Source of the DNA: an uncultured bacterium
GTDB taxonomy: Bacteria; Desulfobacterota_D; UBA1144; Nemesobacterales; UBA2774
Assembly (NCBI GenBank): GCA_963825135.1
Contig: CAWGRW010000009.1
Span: 1,984,001-2,048,000 of the forward strand
Direction of reading: 5' to 3'
DNA: 64,000 nt
Numbering within the stretch: position 1 is the stretch's first letter; the number at the start of each line of letters is the position of its first letter. Shown here in pieces: positions 58,400 through 64,000 of this stretch. The notes under the pieces are model-generated. The model was not told the DNA's origin. It saw nothing but the letters and a program-made list of their open reading frames with translations, and did not search any database. The position numbers and the translations under genes were made by a program.

Positions 58400-58412
58400 C
58401 ATTGCTTTCTTT

Positions 58413-58488
58413 GCCCACGTAGCTCAGTCGGTAGAGCACATCCTTGGTAAGGATGAGGTCAGCGGTTCAAGTCCGCTCGTGGGCTCCA
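58413..58488 (+). tRNA. tRNA-Thr(GGT)
   Basis: Acceptor GCCCACG/CGTGGGC, CATCC-ttGGTaa-GGATG, encoded CCA. Confidence 0.96.
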
Positions 58489-58540
58489 CGCGGTGCAAGA
58501 TTACGTATTCGTTAATCCATTAAGGAGGTAGGGAGAGGAA

Positions 58541-59725
58541 ATGTCTAAGGAGAAATTTGCGCGGGGAAAGCCGCACCTGAACATAGGGACGATAGGTCAC
58601 GTGGACCACGGGAAGACGACGCTAACGGCGGCGATAACGAAGGTATTGAGCAAGGCCGGAGGTGCGAAGTACGTGGAGTTTTCGGAGATAGACAAGGCGC
58701 CTGAGGAGAGGGAGCGGGGGATAACGATCAACATAGCGCACGTGGAGTACGAGACCGCAAAGAGGCACTATGCGCACGTGGACTGTCCCGGGCACGCGGA
58801 CTATGTAAAGAACATGATAACCGGGGCGGCGCAGATGGACGGGGCGATATTGGTAGTGAGCGCTCCTGACGGGCCGATGCCTCAGACGAGGGAGCACATA
58901 CTGCTTGCGAGACAGGTGGGGGTTCCTTACATAGTGGTAGCGCTCAACAAAGTAGACATGATGGACGACGAGGAGCTGCTGGACCTGGTGGAGCTGGAGG
59001 TAAGGGACTTGCTTACGCAGTACGGGTTCCCCGGGGACGACGTGCCGGTGGTGAGGGTGAGCGCGTTAAAGGCGCTTGAGGAAGACGCTGCGGCGATGAA
59101 CCAGATAATGGATTTGATGAAAGCGATAGACGAGTATATACCTGTGCCCGTGAGGGAGATGGACAAGCCGTTCCTGATGGCGATAGAGGACGTGTTCACG
59201 ATATCGGGAAGGGGTACTGTAGTGACGGGGAGAGTGGAGAGGGGGAAGGTATTGGCCGGGGACGAGGTGGAGATAGTGGGGTTCGGGGACACGCGGAAGA
59301 CTGTGGCGACGAGCCTGGAGATGTTCCGGAAGATTCTCGACGACGCGCATGCCGGGGACAACGTAGGGGTGCTGCTGAGGGGGACCGGGAAGGACGAGGT
59401 GGAGAGGGGGCAGGTTCTGGCGAAGCCCGGGAGCATAACGCCGCATAAGAAGTTCAAGGCGGAGGTATATGTGCTTAAGAAGGAAGAGGGCGGGAGGCAT
59501 ACGCCGTTTTTCCCTGGGTACAGACCGCAGTTTTATTTAAGGACGACTGACGTGACGGGGTCGATAGTGCTGCCCGAGGGAGTGGAGATGGTAATGCCCG
59601 GGGACAACATAAACATGGACGTGGAGCTGATAGCGCCTGTGGCGCTGGAGGACCAGCTCCGGTTCGCTATAAGGGAAGGCGGAAGGACCGTAGGTGCTGG
59701 CGTAGTTACTAAAATCGTGGAGTAG
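58541..59725 (+). CDS. tuf: Elongation factor Tu
   Basis: [27 protein letters not shown]. Confidence 0.99.
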   Translation: MSKEKFARGKPHLNIGTIGHVDHGKTTLTAAITKVLSKAGGAKYVEFSEIDKAPEERERGITINIAHVEYETAKRHYAHVDCPGHADYVKNMITGAAQMDGAILVVSAPDGPMPQTREHILLARQVGVPYIVVALNKVDMMDDEELLDLVELEVRDLLTQYGFPGDDVPVVRVSALKALEEDAAAMNQIMDLMKAIDEYIPVPVREMDKPFLMAIEDVFTISGRGTVVTGRVERGKVLAGDEVEIVGFGDTRKTVATSLEMFRKILDDAHAGDNVGVLLRGTGKDEVERGQVLAKPGSITPHKKFKAEVYVLKKEEGGRHTPFFPGYRPQFYLRTTDVTGSIVLPEGVEMVMPGDNINMDVELIAPVALEDQLRFAIREGGRTVGAGVVTKIVE

Positions 59726-59734
59726 TGGAGAGCT

Positions 59735-59893
59735 ATGGGTGATAATATACTAGTCGTTGCGCTCGCTTGCGTTGAATGCAAGAGAAGAAATTATTCGACA
59801 ACGAAAAACAAACAGACCAATAAAGATAAAATAGAGCTCAAGAAATATTGCAAGTGGTGCAAACGGCACATGCTGCATAAAGAGACAAAGTAA
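59735..59893 (+). CDS. rpmG: 50S ribosomal protein L33 (52 aa, zinc-binding form; below the ORF-track cutoff)
   Basis: Translated by hand: [46 protein letters not shown]. Confidence 0.96.
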   Translation: MGDNILVVALACVECKRRNYSTTKNKQTNKDKIELKKYCKWCKRHMLHKETK

Positions 59894-59918
59894 CAGGTCT
59901 AATAAAAAAATTTCGAAT

Positions 59919-59992
59919 AGGGCAGTAGCTCAATTAGGGAGAGCACTGGACTCCAAATCCAGCGGTTGGGGGTTCGATTCCCTCCTGCCCTG
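59919..59992 (+). tRNA. tRNA-Trp(CCA)
   Basis: Acceptor AGGGCAG/CTGCCCT, CTGGA-ctCCAaa-TCCAG; usual position between rpmG and secE. Confidence 0.95.
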
Positions 59993-60007
59993 AATTAGGA
60001 AACGTTA

Positions 60008-60211
60008 ATGGACAGACTAAAAAACTTGAGTACGGAAGCTGCTCAGTTCGCAAAGGACATCGAGAACGAGGCGAAGCGTATTACCTGGCCGTCGAGACAG
60101 GAAACAGTCAAATCGACGCTGGCTGTTATAGTGATATCGTCGATTTTCGCTTCTTTTTTGGGACTGATTGATTATTTGTTTTCGTGGGTTATCAGACTCA
60201 TACTCAGTTAA
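60008..60211 (+). CDS. secE: Preprotein translocase subunit SecE
   Basis: EAKRITWPSRQE plus one TM helix. Confidence 0.93.
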   Translation: MDRLKNLSTEAAQFAKDIENEAKRITWPSRQETVKSTLAVIVISSIFASFLGLIDYLFSWVIRLILS

Positions 60212-60237
60212 TAGAAATACGGAGAAAATGGTTTTCT

Positions 60238-60795
60238 ATGGCTAAAAGATGGTACGTGGTTCATACCAATACGGGTTTTGAAGACAGGGTTAAAACCTAT
60301 ATTGAAGACAGGGCAAAGATAGAAGGCGTTGAAGACCTGGTCGTTGAGGTTCTGGTGCCTACGGAAACCATTGTGGAGCCGGTCAAGGGAGGGAAGAAGA
60401 AGACTTCGGTCAGGAAATTCTTCCCGGGCTATATTTTGATTAAGATGGAGCTCAACGACAAGAGCTGGCATTTTATCAGGAACATACCGAAAGTTATCGG
60501 TTTCGTGGGCGGGAAGCTGAAGGACGGAAGGATCGATCCGGACTCTGTGCCGGATATAGTCGAGCAGGAAGTCTTAAAGATAAAGAAACAGATAGAAGAG
60601 GGCACGTTAAAACCCAAGCCGAAGGTCTCGTTCGACAGGGGAGAAACGGTGAAGGTGATCGAAGGCCCGTTCGCTAATTTCTCGGGTGTAATAGAAGAAG
60701 TGAGGCCGGACAAAGCGAAGGTTCAGGTGCTGGTGACGATATTCGGAAGAACAACTCCGATAGAACTCGATTTTAATCAAGTGGAGAAGATTTAA
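60238..60795 (+). CDS. nusG: Transcription factor NusG
   Basis: [31 protein letters not shown] 60238. Confidence 0.97.
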   Translation: MAKRWYVVHTNTGFEDRVKTYIEDRAKIEGVEDLVVEVLVPTETIVEPVKGGKKKTSVRKFFPGYILIKMELNDKSWHFIRNIPKVIGFVGGKLKDGRIDPDSVPDIVEQEVLKIKKQIEEGTLKPKPKVSFDRGETVKVIEGPFANFSGVIEEVRPDKAKVQVLVTIFGRTTPIELDFNQVEKI

Positions 60796-60796
60796 T

Positions 60797-61213
60797 ATGA
60801 AAAAAATAGACGGATACGTGAAACTCCTTGTTGAAGCGGGCAAGGCTACACCTTCCCCGCCGGTGGGTCCTGCGCTCGGTCAGAGGGGTGTGAATATCAT
60901 GGAGTTTTGCAAGGCATTCAATGCCCAGACGCAGAAGGCGGAAGGAATTCTTCCGGTCGTTGTAACGGTCTACTCGGATAAATCCTTTTCTTTTGAGGTT
61001 AAATCCCCGCCTGTTGCCTATCTTCTGAAGAAGGCCGCTAAGATAGAGAAGGGCTCCGGGGAGGCTCCGAAGAAAAAAGCCGGGAAGCTGACTAAGTCCC
61101 AGGTCGAGGAGATAGCGAGAATTAAGATGCCGGATCTGAACACCGACGACATCGAAGCGGCGGTAAAGATCGTGTCGGGTACCGCCAGGAGTATGGGGAT
61201 AGAGGTCTCTTAA
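60797..61213 (+). CDS. rplK: 50S ribosomal protein L11
   Basis: [22 protein letters not shown]. Confidence 0.98.
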   Translation: MKKIDGYVKLLVEAGKATPSPPVGPALGQRGVNIMEFCKAFNAQTQKAEGILPVVVTVYSDKSFSFEVKSPPVAYLLKKAAKIEKGSGEAPKKKAGKLTKSQVEEIARIKMPDLNTDDIEAAVKIVSGTARSMGIEVS

Positions 61214-61315
61214 CTCGCATCGATATACGTGGTGGTCGGCCTCGGATACATTTTCCGGGCCTTTAGGTCATATGATCTAAATATCAGGATTTAGAATTGA
61301 TCGAGGAGATTCGAG

Positions 61316-62041
61316 ATGGTTCGAAAAGGGAAAAAATATACGGAAGTCAGTAAAACGGTCGACGCCAGGACCAGCTATGTTGTGGATGACGCCATGAGAC
61401 TGATTGAAGGGACGAAGACTGCCAAGTTCGACGAAACTGTAGAGGTCGCCGTTACGCTGGGGATTGACCCTAGACAGGCGAACCAGCAGATAAGGACGGG
61501 CATGATCCTCCCTCACGGCATTGGAAAGGATATCAGGGTGGTCGTTTTCGCCAAAGATGATAAGCAAAGGGAAGCCACCGAAGCGGGCGCGGATTATGCC
61601 GGGCTCGACGACCTGATAGAAAAGATATCCAAGGACAACTGGCTCGAATTCGACGTATCGATTGCGACGCCCGATGTAATGAACATTGTGGCGAAACTGG
61701 GCAAGATTCTCGGACCGAGAGGCCTCATGCCAAGCCCCAAGGTGGGAACGGTGACCTTCGACATCGCTCAGGCGGTCAAGGAAGCAAAGGCCGGAAGGAT
61801 CGAAGTGAAAAATGATAAGGGCGGAGTCGTGCATGCTCCGATCGGTAAGGTATCGTTCGGCCCGGATAAATTAAAAGACAATTTCCTTGTGTTCATGGAT
61901 TCACTTATAAAAATGAAGCCGCCGTCATCGAAAGGGGTATACGTCAAAAAAATTACTCTATCCAACACGATGGGCCCGGGCATCAAGGTAGATTTTGTTA
62001 ACGTAAGGGAAGTATTGAAGGGTTTTCATCTCGCGGCATGA
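61316..62041 (+). CDS. rplA: 50S ribosomal protein L1
   Basis: AKFDETVE, LGPRGLMP.PK.GTVT, TMGPG. Confidence 0.98.
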   Translation: MVRKGKKYTEVSKTVDARTSYVVDDAMRLIEGTKTAKFDETVEVAVTLGIDPRQANQQIRTGMILPHGIGKDIRVVVFAKDDKQREATEAGADYAGLDDLIEKISKDNWLEFDVSIATPDVMNIVAKLGKILGPRGLMPSPKVGTVTFDIAQAVKEAKAGRIEVKNDKGGVVHAPIGKVSFGPDKLKDNFLVFMDSLIKMKPPSSKGVYVKKITLSNTMGPGIKVDFVNVREVLKGFHLAA

Positions 62042-62108
62042 TCGGGTTGTGTTAATTGAAACTTATTTTATGGGTTTCTTAAATCGTATTTATTAAGGAG
62101 CAGGAAAA

Positions 62109-62639
62109 ATGTTGACTAAAGCGGCTAAGAACGAACTTGTCCGGGAGTTTAACAATGTTTTCAAAGCCAATCCGTCGGTCATGGTGGTGGAGTATAAAGG
62201 TCTGACGGTAAAGGAGCTGGAAACTCTGCGGGCCAATCTCAAGAAAGCGGATGCACAGTTGAAGGTCGTTAAGAATACTCTTCTGCGAATTGCCGCGAAG
62301 GATACGGAAATAGAGCGTATCAACGATTTGTTCGACGGACCTACCGCAGTCGCCATTTGCGAGAGTAACCCTACTGCAGTAGCAAAGGTGTTCGTCGACT
62401 CCTTGAAGAAACTCCCGACGCTCAGGATTAAGGGCGGGATTGTCGAGGGTAACGTTATCGGAGAGAGTCAGGTGTCCGACCTCTCGAAGCTGCCGTCCAG
62501 ACAGGAGTTAATCTCGCAGTTTATGGGACTTCTCAAGAGTCCGGTTTCGAACCTCCTTGGGACCCTTAATCAGCTCCAGTCGAAGCTCCTCTATGCTTTG
62601 ACTGCTGTTAAAGACGCAAAAGAAAAAGAGAACAGTTAA
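62109..62639 (+). CDS. rplJ: 50S ribosomal protein L10
   Basis: YKGLTV..LR, VVKNTL, GPTA, LPSRQEL. Confidence 0.96.
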   Translation: MLTKAAKNELVREFNNVFKANPSVMVVEYKGLTVKELETLRANLKKADAQLKVVKNTLLRIAAKDTEIERINDLFDGPTAVAICESNPTAVAKVFVDSLKKLPTLRIKGGIVEGNVIGESQVSDLSKLPSRQELISQFMGLLKSPVSNLLGTLNQLQSKLLYALTAVKDAKEKENS

Positions 62640-62688
62640 GCAAGACGGCAATAGAAAAGACATATTTATTTAAGGAGGTTTTTGAATT

Positions 62689-63081
62689 ATGGCTGATATC
62701 ACGAGGACAGACGTTATTACGTATCTCGAAAAGGCAAGCATGCTTGAAATTTCGGAACTGATCAAGGAGATCGAAGTTAAATTCGATGTCAAAGCGGCGG
62801 CCCCACAGATAGCGGTAGCCGCAGTAGCCGGCGGCGCCGGAGGCGAGGCCCAGGCGGAGCAGGCTGAGAAAACCGAGTTTAATGTAATCCTTAAGGCTGC
62901 AGGCGCGAATAAGATACAAGTTATTAAAGCAGTAAGGGAAGTTACGTCGCTTGGTCTGAAAGAAGCAAAGGACCTGGTCGAGGGAGCCCCAAAGCCCGTA
63001 AAAGAAGGCGTGGATAAGCAGGAATCGGAAAACATTAAGAAAAAGCTTGAGGAAGCAGGCGCTCAGGTGGAAATTAATTAA
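62689..63081 (+). CDS. rplL: 50S ribosomal protein L7/L12
   Basis: [29 protein letters not shown]. Confidence 0.98.
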   Translation: MADITRTDVITYLEKASMLEISELIKEIEVKFDVKAAAPQIAVAAVAGGAGGEAQAEQAEKTEFNVILKAAGANKIQVIKAVREVTSLGLKEAKDLVEGAPKPVKEGVDKQESENIKKKLEEAGAQVEIN

Positions 63082-63329
63082 GCGTTTGGCAAAAAGTCAG
63101 GTATAATATTACGTTTATATTCACGAATTTAATATCTGACTTTTGAAGCCATTGCACCGATCTTGTTTCTATCTCGTTTATATGTCTTTTTTTCAGATAG
63201 AAAATCGATTCTCAGTAAAGGGAACGCTTAACTAAAATTAGACAGAAGCGGTCTGTCCGCCGACTGGCGGTCTTACGGTAAGTAATGTTTGAGTGGGTTT
63301 TATAAAACAAATACGGGGGGTAAGATAAC

Positions 63330-64000
63330 TTGAGTCTTGATGGCCTAGAAACGTATAAATTGAGAAAAAGTTTTTCAAAATTACCATCTGTTCTCGAAAT
63401 ACCTCACCTGCTGGAAGTTCAAATCGAATCCTACCTGGAGTTTCTACAAGCTGACGCCAAACCGGACGACCTGAAGGACATAGGTCTTCATAACGCATTT
63501 AAAACGGTATTTCCAATTGAGGATTATAACGGGAAGGCCTCTCTCGAATACATCGGCTATCGCTTTGACAGGCCGAAATACGAGGCTCAGGAATGCAGGC
63601 TGAAAGGGTATACGTTCGTTGCCCCTCTGTACGTTACGTTCCGCCTGGTCATCTGGGATACGGAGTCCGGTGAGGAGCGTACTATCAGGGACGTAAAGGA
63701 GCAGGAAGTTTATTTCGGAGAGATCCCCCTTATGACTCCCAACGGTTCGTTTATCGTGAACGGCACCGAGAGGGTAATTGTTAATCAGCTCCACCGTTCC
63801 CCCGGCGTATTTTTTGACCAGGTCAAGAATAAGGACAGCGGCGTGGGCAGGTCTTCGTTTTCGGCCAGAATAGTGCCTCACGACGGCAGGTGGATAGATT
63901 TCGAGTTTGACTCGAAGGATATTCTCCACGTCAGGATCGACAGGAAAAAGAAATTTCTTGTTACCGTATTATTAAAAGCCCTCGGATTTAATGAAAAAGA
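63330..64000 (+). CDS. rpoB: RNA polymerase beta subunit, 5' part (runs off the window)
   Basis: Translated by hand from TTG 63330: ..RKSFSK...P.LLEVQ..SY..VFPI..EQEVYFGEIPLMT.NGSFIVNGTERVIVNQLHRSPG. Confidence 0.96.
   Translation, partial: MSLDGLETYKLRKSFSKLPSVLEIPHLLEVQIESYLEFLQADAKPDDLKDIGLHNAFKTVFPIEDYNGKASLEYIGYRFDRPKYEAQECRLKGYTFVAPLYVTFRLVIWDTESGEERTIRDVKEQEVYFGEIPLMTPNGSFIVNGTERVIVNQLHRSPGVFFDQVKNKDSGVGRSSFSARIVPHDGRWIDFEFDSKDILHVRIDRKKKFLVTVLLKALGFNEK

Noticed and set aside
58056..58523. 155-aa ORF upstream of tuf
   Set aside because: It overlaps four clear tRNA genes, so it is a shadow ORF.
59723..59737. tuf TAG in frame with rpmG (possible read-through)
   Set aside because: rpmG has its own GGAG and ATG, and EF-Tu is full length.
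1..64000. CRISPR arrays, rRNA, IS elements, integrases, prophage or defence systems
   Set aside because: I saw no regularly spaced repeats and no transposase, integrase or phage motifs; the tRNA cluster shows no integrated element.

Overview
A 64-kb, gene-dense bacterial chromosome segment from a diderm organism. Gene order and protein sequences suggest a deltaproteobacteria-like lineage (Desulfobacterota sensu lato, possibly Ca. Dadabacteria; this is inference). Core blocks are mutL-gmhA-yacG-efp, rimP-nusA-infB-ylxP-rbfA-nrnA-truB-rpsO-pnp-miaA, gmk-rel-lepB-pyrRBC, lysS-lolCD-bamA-skp-fabZ, and a five-tRNA/tuf/rpmG/secE/nusG/rplKAJL/rpoB cluster. The accessory middle (about 17-41 kb) holds a Cus-type Cu/Ag RND efflux operon with unusual periplasmic partners and an arsM-peroxidase-arsS-glycosyltransferase (arsenosugar-type) cluster. 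I saw no CRISPR array, rRNA, transposase or integrase. Main signals read directly from the sequence: (1) the infB operon shows several non-standard translation signals, namely a +1 frame break in infB at AAA-AGG, apparent CTG starts for both rbfA and truB, and ylxP in frame with rbfA across a single TAG; (2) a diverged orphan copy of the cusA 3' end brackets a Met-rich periplasmic gene; (3) a Cys/PP leader-like ORF and an SD-occluding hairpin lie ahead of the Cus operon; (4) the ArsM-like gene has a Cys-rich tail hidden in another frame; (5) EF-P has an atypical MAQR loop; (6) lpxD/lpxA and rpoZ are missing from their usual positions; (7) tuf has extreme ATA/G-ending codon use. The two frame breaks may be assembly errors and need read-level checking.
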